64,000 bases of DNA from an uncultured Chloroflexia bacterium (GTDB taxonomy: Bacteria > Chloroflexota > Limnocylindria > Limnocylindrales > CSP1-4): NCBI GenBank assembly GCA_963774695.1, contig CAVZFY010000021.1, forward strand, positions 148,786 through 212,785, given 5' to 3'. Shown here piece by piece: positions 31,186-41,799 of the stretch. The position numbers and the translations under genes were made by a program. The notes under the pieces are model-generated. The model ran no database searches. It worked only from the letters and a program-made list of their open reading frames with translations, and had not been told where the DNA came from. Positions within the stretch are counted from its first letter, which is position 1, and the number at the start of each line of letters is the position of its first letter.

Positions 31186-31550
31186 GAGACCGCCTGCCCC
31201 GCGCCGGCGCCCGTGGTCTCGTCGAGGCCGAGCGCGCGCGCCTGGCGGCTCGCGAACGACGCGAACGCCTCGGGGACGATGGTGTGGACGGTCTCGCGGC
31301 CCTGGCGGCGGGCCGTCACGAGCCCGACCTCGCGGAGCTTGCCCAGGTGCCACGACACGAGCGGCTGCGACAGCCCGACGTGGGCGATGAGCTCGCTCAC
31401 GGTCGCCGGCCCGTCCGCGAGGCGGCGGACGATCCGCAGCCGGTTGGCGTCCGCGAGCACCTTGTGGACGCGCCGGATCTCGCGCAGGTCGTCGGGGACC
31501 TCGACGACGGACGCGATGGTGGTGCGGATGTGGGCAGGGGACGGGGACAC
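31182..31550 (-). CDS. ArsR/SmtB-family transcriptional regulator (no Cys)
   Basis: LADANRLRIVRRL...TVSEL...GLSQPLVSWHLGKLREVGLV.ARRQGRE. Confidence 0.88.
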   Translation of the reverse strand: MSPSPAHIRTTIASVVEVPDDLREIRRVHKVLADANRLRIVRRLADGPATVSELIAHVGLSQPLVSWHLGKLREVGLVTARRQGRETVHTIVPEAFASFASRQARALGLDETTGAGAGQAVS

Positions 31551-31584
31551 GATGGGAGGGCGACCCGCTGGCTCTGGGGACCAG

Positions 31585-31605
31585 CCGCCGTTGGATCAAC
31601 GGCGG
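31585..31605. promoter_or_regulatory. Perfect 9 bp stem-loop in the 5' UTR of the ArsR-pgsA-ino1 operon
   Basis: CCGCCGTTG-GAT-CAACGGCGG. Confidence 0.5.
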
Positions 31606-31609
31606 TTTA

Positions 31610-31654
31610 TATCAATCGGCGTTGATACTAGGGTGGCCCGGTGGCGGTTGTCAA
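31610..31654 (-). promoter_or_regulatory. Sigma70 promoter with overlapping inverted-repeat operator
   Basis: On the minus strand, TTGACA (31654-31649), N18, TAGTAT (31630-31625). The inverted repeat TATCAA-N6-TTGATA (31610-31627) overlaps the -10/+1 region. Confidence 0.7.
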
Positions 31655-31664
31655 CGCGAGCCGT

Positions 31665-32600
31665 TCAGGCGAGGATCTCGACGACGTCGCCGTCCTCGAC
31701 CAGGTGCTCGCGGCCGACGCGCTGCCCCTCGAACCTCGCCGACGGGCCCCAGACCCGCGCACCGACACACGCCGCCGCGAGGTCGTGGTGGACGGCATCC
31801 GCAACGTCGACGACCGTCGCCGGCGGGTGGAGGGCGAGCGGCTCGTCGTCGGTCGACCCGTTGGTCCGAAGCCGGACCCGGATCAGCCCGGTGAGCCGCC
31901 AGGCGGCGTCGCGGAACGCGTCCAGGGACGCCTCGTCGAGGATGGACACGGGGAGCACGGCCAGGCCCGGGACGGCGTCGGTCAGGCGCCGGACGGCGTC
32001 CGGTGGCGCCTCGTCGGCGCGGGTGGCCGCGACGAACGCGGGCTTCTCGATCCCGGCGAGGGCGACCTCGTCCAGGACGACGCGAAGGTCGCGCGGGTCG
32101 CCGTCGGCCCGTGCGCAGTAGACGATCGCGTCGGCGGAACGGAGCACGCCGAGCAGCGCCCGCCCACCGCCGCGATCCTCGTTCGCACCCTCGATGAGCC
32201 CGGGGATCTCGACCAGCTGGACGAGCACGCCGCCGATCCGGGTCAGGGCGGGCACCGGCCGGAGCGTCGTGAAGGCGTAGTCGCCGGTCCGGATCTGGAT
32301 CTCGGACAGCGCCTGGAGCAGCGACGACTTGCCGACGTTGGGCGGCCCGACCAGCGCGATCTGCGCCGCCCCCTCGCGGCGGACGGCGATCGAGTCGCGA
32401 TGGACGGCGGACGACCGCGTCCGCGTGTCCTCGATCTCGGCGAGCAGCGACTTGCGCAGGTCCGCGTACGGCCCGTTGCGGTAGTCGGGGAGCTCGTCGA
32501 GCAGGGCCCGGACCTCGCGGATCCGCTCCCGCCCTTCCTTGCCGATCAACCGGCGCTTCGCGACCTGTGCGAACGTGCGATGCGGCATGGGCATCGCCAT
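31665..32600 (-). CDS. DRG/RBG-like OBG-family GTPase with C-terminal TGS domain
   Basis: G1 GPPNVGKS, G2 DYAFTT, G3 EIPGLIEGA, GGGRALLGVLRSAD, G4 TRAD; TGS ...VHHDL...ARVWGPSARFEGQRVGREHLVEDGDVVEI. Confidence 0.85.
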   Translation of the reverse strand: MAMPMPHRTFAQVAKRRLIGKEGRERIREVRALLDELPDYRNGPYADLRKSLLAEIEDTRTRSSAVHRDSIAVRREGAAQIALVGPPNVGKSSLLQALSEIQIRTGDYAFTTLRPVPALTRIGGVLVQLVEIPGLIEGANEDRGGGRALLGVLRSADAIVYCARADGDPRDLRVVLDEVALAGIEKPAFVAATRADEAPPDAVRRLTDAVPGLAVLPVSILDEASLDAFRDAAWRLTGLIRVRLRTNGSTDDEPLALHPPATVVDVADAVHHDLAAACVGARVWGPSARFEGQRVGREHLVEDGDVVEILA

Positions 32601-32825
32601 CTCCCTTCGAGCTGTGCGGGCGACACGGCATCGCGCCGCGGGCTCGTGGCCCCGGCGACGGCAGCACGCGTCTGTCCCGCCCCTTCCTCCGACGCTGGGT
32701 GAGGAAGGGGCCGATCAGCCTGTCTGGCAGGAGATGGTCGCGAACCAGGCGCTCATGGGCGGAGCGTAGCGCAGGCGCCGGGGTCCGGGAACCCCCAAGG
32801 CCTGATCGCGCCTACACTCCCGGGC

Positions 32826-34535
32826 GTGCAGGCCCAGACCGACCCTCACGCGCCGCGAGTCGTACGTGCTCCTCGCCGTGCTCGGCACCGGCGTGTTCCT
32901 CGCGGGCCTCGAGCTCATGGTCACGGCCGTCGCGCTGCCGGCGATCGTCGCCGACCTCGCCGGCTGGACGCGCCTGCGCGAGGCGTCCTGGATCATCAAC
33001 GGCTACCTGCTGGTCTCGGTCGTCACGATGCCGCTCGCCGGGCGGATGGCCGACCTGTACGGCACGCGTCGGCTGTTCCTGTGGGCGCTGGTCGTGTTCA
33101 CGGCCGGGAGCCTGCTCGCGGGGATGGCGCCGACGCTCGAGCTGCTGATCGCGGCCCGCCTGGTCCAGGCCGTCGGCGGCGGGGCGCTGGTCCCGGTCGC
33201 GACCGCGGCCGCGTCGCACCTGTTCAGCGGCCCGGCGCCGGCCGCGCGCCCTCGGCGTCATCGGCGCGCTGACGTTCCTCGGCATGGCCGCGGGGCCGTT
33301 CCTGGGCGCGGCGATCCTCGGGGCCGTCCACCCGGTCGCGGCGCTGTCGCGGCTGGGCGTCGAGGCCGGCACGTTCCCGGCCACGATCCTCGCCCCGGCC
33401 TGGCGGTGGGTCTTCTACGTCAACGTCCCGATCGGGATCATCGCCCTCGTCGTCGCCTGGGCGGCGAGCAGCGGCTGGGAGACGCCCCGCCGACCGGGCC
33501 GCCTCGACTTCGTCGGCGCGATCCTGTTCTCCGGGCTCCTCGTCGGCGCCCTCGGGGCCCTGACGCTGCTCGGCAGCCGGTCGGAGCCCGACACCGGCGG
33601 CCCCGACCCGACGCTGGTCGCGGTGGTGCTCGCGCGTGGTCGCGATCGCCTGCGGCGTCCTGACGGTCGTCCGCGGCCTCCGGGTGAGCGACCCGTTCAT
33701 CGACCCCCGGCTGTTCCGCCACGCGGGGTTCGCCTCGGCGACGCTCGTCTCGGCGCTGACCGGGTACGCGCCTCGCGACGGCGATCGTCGGCGGCGCGGT
33801 GTTCGTCGACCGGGTGCTCTACGGCGGGCCCGACGAGCAGCGCCTCGCGCTCGGGTCGCTCGCGGGCGCGATGGCGATCGGCGCCCTGGCGTCCGGGTTC
33901 ATCGTCCGGGTCGTCTCGCTGCGGCTGGTCACGCTGCTCGGGCTCGCCGCGTCGGTCGTCGCCCTCGTCGCCATGTCGCGCTGGACCACCGACACCCCGA
34001 TCGGCGCCGCCTCGATCGCGCTCGCCGTCTTCGGTCTCGGCTTCGGGGCGACGGTCACGCCGCGCTCGACGGCCGCCGTGGCGGCCGTCGCCGCGAGCGG
34101 TACGGCATGGCGGCCTCGACGGTCACCGTGGCCCGGATGGTCGGCATGGGCGTCGGCCTCGCGATCCTCACCGCCTACGGCTCGACCACCATCGACCACC
34201 TCTACGACCAGGTCTACGCGACGCCCGACGCGTACAAGCTCTACATCCCCGCGAGCCTGCAGGACCGCCCGCTGCGGGACGGGCTCGTCATCGAGGCGCT
34301 GGAGACCTGGGCCGCGGGCGAGGCCGCCCAGATCATGGTCGGGGTGTTCCTCGTCGCGGCGGTCGTGACGGCCGTCGCCATCCCGCCCGCGCTGCTCCTC
34401 GATCGGCGGCGTATGCTCGGCTCGGCCGTGCCCGTTCCGAACCCGGACGGTGGCAACCCGGCGACGGACGGAGCAGCCGATCCCGATGCAGGCATCGACC
34501 CCGACCTCGAGCTCCCCGTCATCGGCGGCGCCTGA
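32826..34535 (+). CDS. MFS transporter (DHA2/EmrB-QacA type); multiple frameshifts
   Basis: GVFLAGLELMVTAVALP; WIINGYLL; GRMADLYGTRR; ARLVQAVGGG; GPFLG; WRWVFYVNVPIG; PFIDPRLF. Confidence 0.85.
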
Positions 34536-34560
34536 CGCCGCGCGTCGACGCCAGGCGTCG

Positions 34561-35522
34561 ATGGTCATCCGCGGCTGCTCGTACGCGAACGGCGAGAGCC
34601 ACGGGTTCGAGGGGATGGACGCGCTGAAGGCGATCCTCGCCGACCCCGAGGCCATCGTCTGGGTCGACGTCGCCGCCGCCTCGGACGTCCCCGTGGACCC
34701 GATCACGCAGCTGCTCGAGCTCCATCCGCTGATCGCCGCGGACATCGCCGAGCGCAACCAGCGCGCGAAGGTCGCCGAGGTCGAGGGCACGATCCACATC
34801 GTCATGTTCTCGATCTCGTTCGACGGGCGCGGTCGCGGCGCTCGAGATCGACATCGTGCTCGGCAAGCGGTTGCTGCTCACCGTCCACGAGCCCGCCTGG
34901 GACCCGTTCGCGCTGCCGCAGCTGCGGGGCGACGGGACCGCGATGCTCAAGCGGGGGCCCGACTTCCTCCTGTACGCGATCACCGACGGGATCGTGGACG
35001 GCTACTTCCCCGTGCTCGACGCGATCGAGGACGAGATCGACGAGATCCAGGACGCGGTGATCGCGCGGCCGACGACGTGGACGCTGGAGCGGCTGTTCAC
35101 GCTCAAGCGCGAGCTGATCAGCCTGCGCCGGGCGATCTCACCGTCGCGCGAGATCTTCAACCAGCTGACCAACCGCGACCAGGGGCTGATCGCCGCCGAC
35201 CACATCGTCTACTTCCGCGACGTGTACGACCACCTGATCCGCGTGACCGACGAGCTCGACACCGACCGCGAGCTCGTCGGCGGGCACGCTCGAGGTCTAC
35301 CTCTCGACCGTCAACAACAACCTGTCGACGATCATGAAGCGCCTGACCGGCGTCACCGTGATCCTCGCCGGGATCGGCGCGGTCGCCGGGATCTTCGGGA
35401 TGAGCGAGGCCGCGACGGCGCTCAACAACGGCGAGGGCAGCGGGTTCTGGGTCATCACGATGTTCGTCGTGATCGGCGCGGCGCTGACCGCGGTCCTGCT
35501 GCGCCGGATCGACTGGATCTAG
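34561..35522 (+). CDS. corA: CorA-family Mg2+/Co2+ transporter; frameshifted
   Basis: VWVD; LHPL; QRAKV; DGIVDGYFPVL; LFTLKREL..LRR; YFRDVYDHL; NNNLS.IMKRLT; signature GMS in place of GMN (AGIFGMSE). Confidence 0.85.
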
Positions 35523-35533
35523 CCGCGCCGGCG

Positions 35534-36291
35534 CTAGCCGCAGTTGACCGGCTTCGGCTTGGGGTGGGCGTCGGCCGGGTCCGCGTCGCCGACCGAGAGC
35601 AGGGTCGCCTTGAGCTGCGTCTTGCCGGGCGTCCCCTTGGGGCCCTCCGACGTCTGGAGCCAGAGCTGCTCGCTGTTGGCGCCGAACGCCGCGTCGAGGG
35701 TCAGCTGGTGGAGCAGCACCTTCTTGACCTCGTACAGGTAGAGCTTGTTGTCGCTCGTGTAGACCTGGACGATCATCCCGAGCAGCTTGTCGGGCTTGTG
35801 CTTCTGGATCGCGTACTCGTAGATCGGCCCGAACATCCCGTCGCGCGCGTGGGCGAACAGGTAGGTCGCGATGCCGCGTCCCGGCTGTCCCAGGTCCTGC
35901 GAGCGGCTTGCCGAGTCCGTCGATGTACATCGCGACGTTGCAGTACGGGTAGCCGTTCGGGCCCCGGCACGACCGGGAGGTCGATGTCGAGGGCCGGGAT
36001 CACGACGCGCGTGGCATGTGCCGGCCCGGCGGCCTGCGTCGGATCGGCGCTCGCGCCCGGCGACCCGCTCGGGGCGTCGCTGGCCGACGGCGACGGGGCG
36101 TCGATCGACGCCGAGGGGTCCGGCGACAGCTCGATGGCGGTCGGCGACTGGTCGGGGACGGTCCCGGCCGTGGTCGGGTCGGCGTACGACAGGAGGCCCG
36201 CGGTGATCAGCAGGACGCCCAGCGCCGTGAGGAGCGCGGGCAGCAGGCGCGTTCGGATGGCCGACAGCGCCGAGGAGGGAAGACCGGACAT
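35534..36291 (-). CDS. Sortase-fold protein with Ser at the catalytic Cys position; frameshifts near 35900-35970
   Basis: N-terminal TM, Ser/Pro linker, TRVVIPALDIDLPVV, YLFAHAR (His), VYTSDNKLYLYEV, LWLQTSEGP in place of L.L.TC. Confidence 0.7.
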
Positions 36292-36361
36292 GGCCGCCGA
36301 ATGGTAGTCGACGGTCGCCGCTCACGCCTCCGACCGGGTCGTACTGGTACGCTCGCGACCG

Positions 36362-36684
36362 ATGGGCGGCAAGTTGGCGATTGCGGCGGGCCTCGTCATG
36401 GGCGTCGCCGTTGGGGCGGGCGTCCTGGGCGGCGTCGTGCTGCTGGCACCCGGCGTGGACCCGCTGGCGACGCCGACGCCGGCACCCGCGGCGTCACCGT
36501 CGGCGCCGGCCTCGCCGTCCGCGTCGCCATCGACCGCCCCGTCCCCGTCCGCACCCTCGGCCACGCCGGGCACGTCCCCCGGCTCACCCGACCCGTCCGC
36601 CTCGGCTGGGGCCGCGTTGTCCGGGTGGGCCGTCCGGCCGGGCGAGCGGCCGCCGTTGGCGGGCTCGCGTCCCGCTTCGCCTAG
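36362..36684 (+). CDS. Small membrane-anchored Ser/Pro/Ala/Thr-rich protein; 3' end uncertain
   Basis: Hydrophobic N-terminus MGGKLAIAAGLVMGVAVGAGVLGGVVLLA followed by TPTPAPAASPSAPASPSASPST; TACGCT lies 8 nt before the ATG. Confidence 0.45.
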
Positions 36685-38163
36685 CCGCCGACCTGCCCGA
36701 CCGACGCGGCGGCCCGCGCGACGATGTCGAGCATCGTCGTCGGGAACAGCCCGAGCGCGATCGTCATGACGGTCGCCACGGCCAGGCCGGTCCAGACGAG
36801 GCGGCCGTGGCGGAGGCCCGCCTGCTCGGTCGTGGGCTCGCGCATGAACATGTAGACGACGACGCGCAGGTAGTAGAAGGCGGCGATGGCCGCGTTGAGG
36901 ACCGCGAGCACGGCGAGGACGTTGAGCCAGCCGCCCGCCTCGACGGCGGCCAGGATCACGTAGAACTTGCCGAAGAACCCGGCGGTGGGCGGGATCCCGG
37001 TCAGCGACAGCAGGAACAGGGTCATCAGCAGGGCGAGCGTCGGCTCCCGGCGGATCAGGCCCGAGAACGTCGACAGGTTGCTGGTCACGCCCTGGCGCTT
37101 CTGGATCGCGGCGATGACCGCGAACGCGCCGAGGTTCATGAACGCGTACGCCGCGCCGTAGTAGAGCAGGCCGGACATCCCGTCCTGCTCGCCCGCGCCG
37201 AAGGCGGCGAACCCGACCAGCATGTAGCCGGTGTGCGCGATCGACGAGTACGCCAGCATCCGCTTGACGTTGTCCTGGGCGAGCGCGACGAGGTTGCCGA
37301 GGGTCATCGTGAGCGCCGCCAGGATCATGATCACGGCGTTCCAGTCGGCCGCGAGCGGGCCCGAGCGCGTCGGCGAACAGCCGGATGATCAGCGCGAACG
37401 CCCCGATCTTCGGCCCGACCGACAGGTAGCCGGTCACCGGCGTCGGGGAGCCCTGGTACGCGTCGGGCGTCCAGTAGTGGAACGGCACCGCCGCGATCTT
37501 GAACGCGACGCCCGTGGTCATGAACGCGAGCCCGAGGCCGAGCGCCGGGGCGAGCGGCGCGCCGCCGCTGACGATGTTGGCGAGCGCTTCGGAGACGCCG
37601 GCGATCCGCGTGGTGCCGGTCATGCCCCACACGAACGCGAGCCCGAACAGCAGGATCGCGCTCGAGAACGAGCCGAGCAGGAAGTACTTGATCGCGCCCT
37701 CGGTCGAGTAGCCGTCCGACTTGTGGTAGCCGGCCATCACGTAGCCGGGCAGGACCATGAGCTCGAGGCCGAGGAACATCAGCAGCAGGTCCGCCGACCC
37801 GGCGATGAGCATCGCGCCCGACATCGCGAAGATCAGGACCGCGGCGAACTCCGCGACCGGCAGGTCCCGCTCCTCGAGGTAGTCCGGGGCGAACGCGATC
37901 GTCAGCGCGACGATCGAGATGAACAGGATGTCGAGGAAGGTCGTCAGCGCGTCGACGACGTAGGCGCCGTTGAACGCGAGCTTGGGCAGCGGGTCCTGGC
38001 CGACCAGCGCGGTCAGCAGCGCGACGATCCCGAGACCCAGGAAGGCGACGGCCAGCGCCGGGCCCTTGCGTCCCGGGAAGATGAAGTCGGTGATGAGGAT
38101 CGCCGCCGCGACGAGGATCGTCGCGATGAACGGCGAGAAGGCGACGAGGTCTTCGGTCGTCAT
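36681..38163 (-). CDS. nuoN: NADH-quinone oxidoreductase subunit N; frameshift near 37360
   Basis: MFLGLELMVLPGY; EGAIKYFLLGSFSS; FKIAAVPFHYWTPDAYQGSP; NVKRMLAYSSIAHTGY; GIPPTAGFFGKF. Confidence 0.95.
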
Positions 38164-39724
38164 CGCAGCCCTACCGCCACGGTCCGTAGGCGATGGGCGC
38201 CGCGTGCTGGACGGCCTGGAGCGTGCTAGTCCACGGAGCCGTTGATGATGCCGAGGACGAGCCCCGGGAACAGGCCGAGGATCACGACCAGCGCCCCGAG
38301 CGGGACCAGCGTCATCGCCTCGACGGGGCGCATGTCGGTCAGGTGGCTGCCGAGGCCGCTCGAGGAACTCGCTCAGCTCGCCGAACACCACCCGCTGGAA
38401 CATCCACAGCAGGTAGCCGGCCGCGAGGATCATCACGAACGTCGCGATCGCCGCGGCCGACGGGATCATCACGAACGTCCCGACGAGCGTCAGGAACTCG
38501 CCGACGAACCCGGACAGGCCCGGCAGGCCGACGGACGCGAACACGAAGAACCCGAACGCGGCGGCGTAGACCGGCGTCTTCGACGCCAGCCCGCCCATCT
38601 TCGCGATCGTCCGGTCGTGGGTCCGCTCGTAGATCACGCCGACGAGCAGGAACAGGCCGCCGGTGATCAGGCCGTGGTTGACCATCTGCAGGATCGCGCC
38701 CTGCAGCGCCTGCTGCTGGAACACGAAGATGCCGAGCGTGACGAAGCCCATGTGGCTGACCGACGAGTAGGCGACCAGCTTCTTGAGGTCGGGCTGCACG
38801 AGGGCGACGATCGCGCCGTAGATGATCGCGATCAGGCTGAGCACGATGATCGCCGGCGCCCACGTGTGGGCGGCGTCGGGGAACAGCGGCAGGGCGAAGC
38901 GGATGAACCCGTAGCCGCCGAGCTTGAGCAGGACGCCGGCCAGGATCACCGAGCCCGCCGTCGGCGCCTCGACGTGCGCGTCGGGCAGCCAGGTGTGGAA
39001 CGGGAACATCGGCACCTTGATCGCGAAGGCGAGGAAGAAGGCGCCGAACGCGAAGAACTGGAAGGTCGGGTTGAAGCCGCCGGTGCCGGCGAACGCCGTC
39101 AGCACCTGGACGTCGAAGGCGCCGGCCCACGTCTGCGTCGCCGCCTGGTAGGTGAACGCCGTCGCCAGGATCGCGACCAGCATCAGCAGCGAGCCGACGA
39201 GCGTGTACAGGACGAACTTGATCGTCGCGTAGATCCGGTTCGCGCCGCCCCAGATCCCGATGATCAGGTACATCGGGACGAGGACCAGCTCCCAGAAGAT
39301 GTAGAACAGGAACAGGTCCATCGCGACGAACACGCCGATCATGCCGACCTCGAGGATCAGGAAGGAGACCATGTACTCCTTGACCCGGTTCTGGATCGGC
39401 TTGAACGAGGCGAGGATGCTGATCCACGAGAGCGTGGTCGTCAGCACGACGAGGACGAGCGACAGGCCGTCGACGCCCACGTGGTACTGGATGCCGAACA
39501 GCGGGATCCAGTCGTAGACGTCCTGGAACTGGAAGCCGGCCGAGCCCGGTCGCGTAGGCGGCGAGCAGCCCGAGCGACACGACCCACGCGCCGAGGGCGA
39601 ACAGCAGCGCGACCCAGCGGACCGCGTTCGGTCGGCCCGAGGGCACGAGGGCCACGACGATCGCGCCCAGCAGCGGCAGGAACGTGACCAGCGTCACCGG
39701 GTGGATGTCGGCGAACCAGCTCAT
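38160..39724 (-). CDS. nuoM: NADH-quinone oxidoreductase subunit M; frameshifted
   Basis: GVDGLS; DLFLFYIFWELVLVPMY; IKVPMFPFHTWLPDAHVEAPT; LKKLVAYSSVSHMG; MVNHG; PGLSGFVGEF. Confidence 0.95.
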
Positions 39725-41797
39725 CGCGGCTGCGACACGATCACGAGGAACGACCCGGCCATGACGAGCAGGCCGATCGCGATGCCGAGGGCGTAGTTCT
39801 GGACGCGGCCCGTCTGGATCCGGCGCAGGCTGCCGCCGACGCCGCGCGTGGCGCCGCCGATGCCGTTCACGGTGCCGTCGATGACGACCCGGTCGAACCA
39901 CCACAGCGCCCGCGGCGACCCTGCCGCCGAGCACGATGAACAGCAGGTGGTTGAGGTCGTCGAACCACCACTTGTTGAGCGACGCGCGGTAGAGGAACTG
40001 CGTCCCGCGGTTGGCGGACGCGATGCGCTCGACCATCCGCGGATGGCCGCCGTTGCGGAAGACGCCGAACAGCCAGATGCCGAACACGAGGCCGGTGGTC
40101 GCCGCGGCGACGCTGATCAGGATCAGGGCGCCGTCGATGCCGGCGATCTGGAACGTCTCGTCGGTCTGGCCGAGGTAGGCGTTCGAGGCGGCGAAGACCG
40201 GCTCGAGCCACGTCGTCAGCAGGCCCGGCTGCACCGGCAGCCCGAACAGCGGCCCGAGCGGCGGCCCCGGCCAGGTGAGGATGATGCCGAGGAACAGCGA
40301 CGGGATCGCGAGCAGGATCAGCGGCACCGTCATCTGCCACGCCGACTCGTGGATCTTGGGCTCGACCGCCGGGTCGACGTGCGACGGGCCGTAGAACGTC
40401 TTGCCCATCAGGCGCCACATGTAGAACGCGGTCATCACGGCGACCGTCAGGCCGATCGCCCAGATCCAGTAGCTGCCGTTCTTGTAGGCGTCGGCGAGGA
40501 TCTCGTCCTTCGAGAAGAAGCCGGCCAGCGGCGGGATGCCGGCGATCGCGATCGCGCCGATCAGCATCGTCCAGTGGGTGATCGGGATCTTCCGCCACAG
40601 CGCGCCCATGCGGTTCATGTCCTGCTCCTCGTGGACCGCGTGGATCACCGATCCCGAGCCGAGGAACAGCAGGCCCTTGAAGAAGCCGTGGGTCATGAGG
40701 TGGAAGATCGCCGCGGTCCACGCGCCGACGCCGAGCGCGGCGAACATGTAGCCGAGCTGGGACAGCGTCGAGAACGCGAGCACGCGCTTGATGTCGGTCT
40801 GGGTGAACGCGATCGAGGCCGCGAGGATGGCCGTGAAGATGCCGATGGCCCCGACGACGACCATCGTCTCCTGGGCGTGCGCGAACAGGATGTTCGAGCG
40901 CGCGACGAGGTAGACGCCGGCGTTGACCATGGTCGCCGCGTGGATCAGGGCCGAGACCGGGGTCGGGCCCTCCATCGCGTCCGGCAGCCAGACGTGGAGC
41001 GGGAACTGGGCGCTCTTGCCCATGGCGCCCGCGAACACGAGCAGCGCGATGAGCCCGATCGGGATCGGCAGCTGGACACCGGGCGCCGTGAGCTTGGCCA
41101 GCGAGTCCTGGATGTTGAGCGTGCCCGTGCAGTAGAAGATCGCCATGATCCCGAGCGCGAACCCGACGTCGCCGACGCGGTTGACGATGAACGCCTTCTT
41201 GGCGGCGAGGGCCGCCGAGCGCTTCGAGTACCAGAAGCCGATCAGCGAGTAGCTCGACAGCCCGACCAGCTCCCAGCCGGCGAACACGAGCAGCCACGTG
41301 TTCGCGAGCACCAGCAGGAGCATCGAGAACATGAACAGGTTGAGGTAGGCGAAGAAGCGCCACGTCCCGTTGTCGTGGGCCATGTACCCGATCGAGTAGA
41401 TGTGCACGAGCATGCCGATCGTGGTCACGACGATCAGGAGGCAGGCCGTCAGCGCGTCGACGTGGAAGCCGATGTCGACGTTGAATCCGCCGGCCGGGAT
41501 CCAGTCCCAGAGCTTGATGTCCAGGCCTTCTTCACCGAACGGCGCGGCGTGCTGGAGGGCGGGCGCGATGATCGCGAGGGCGATCAGCCAGACGGCGATG
41601 ATGCCGACGACCGGGACGATCTCCGCGGCCCACCGGCCGAAGCGCAGCTGGAGCCGACGGCCGAACAGCGCGTTGAACGAGAAGCCGGCGATCGGGATCA
41701 GGAGGAGCAGCGGGATCAGCGTCGCGTAGATGCCGGGGTCGGCCGATCCCGCGGGATCGACGGCCGCGAACGCCGTGACGGGCAGGAGGTGGATCAC
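39721..41797 (-). CDS. nuoL: NADH-quinone oxidoreductase subunit L; frameshift near 39915
   Basis: RFFAYLNLF; GWELVGLSSY; FIVNRVGD; GKSAQFPLHVWLPDAMEGPTPVSALIHAATMV; DIKRVLAFSTLSQLG; HGFFKGLLFLGSG; AGFFSKD. Confidence 0.96.
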
Positions 41798-41799
41798 CG

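Noticed and set aside
36681-41797. Duplicated nuoM (2M-type complex I known from some Chloroflexota)
   Set aside because: Only one nuoM lies between nuoL and nuoN.
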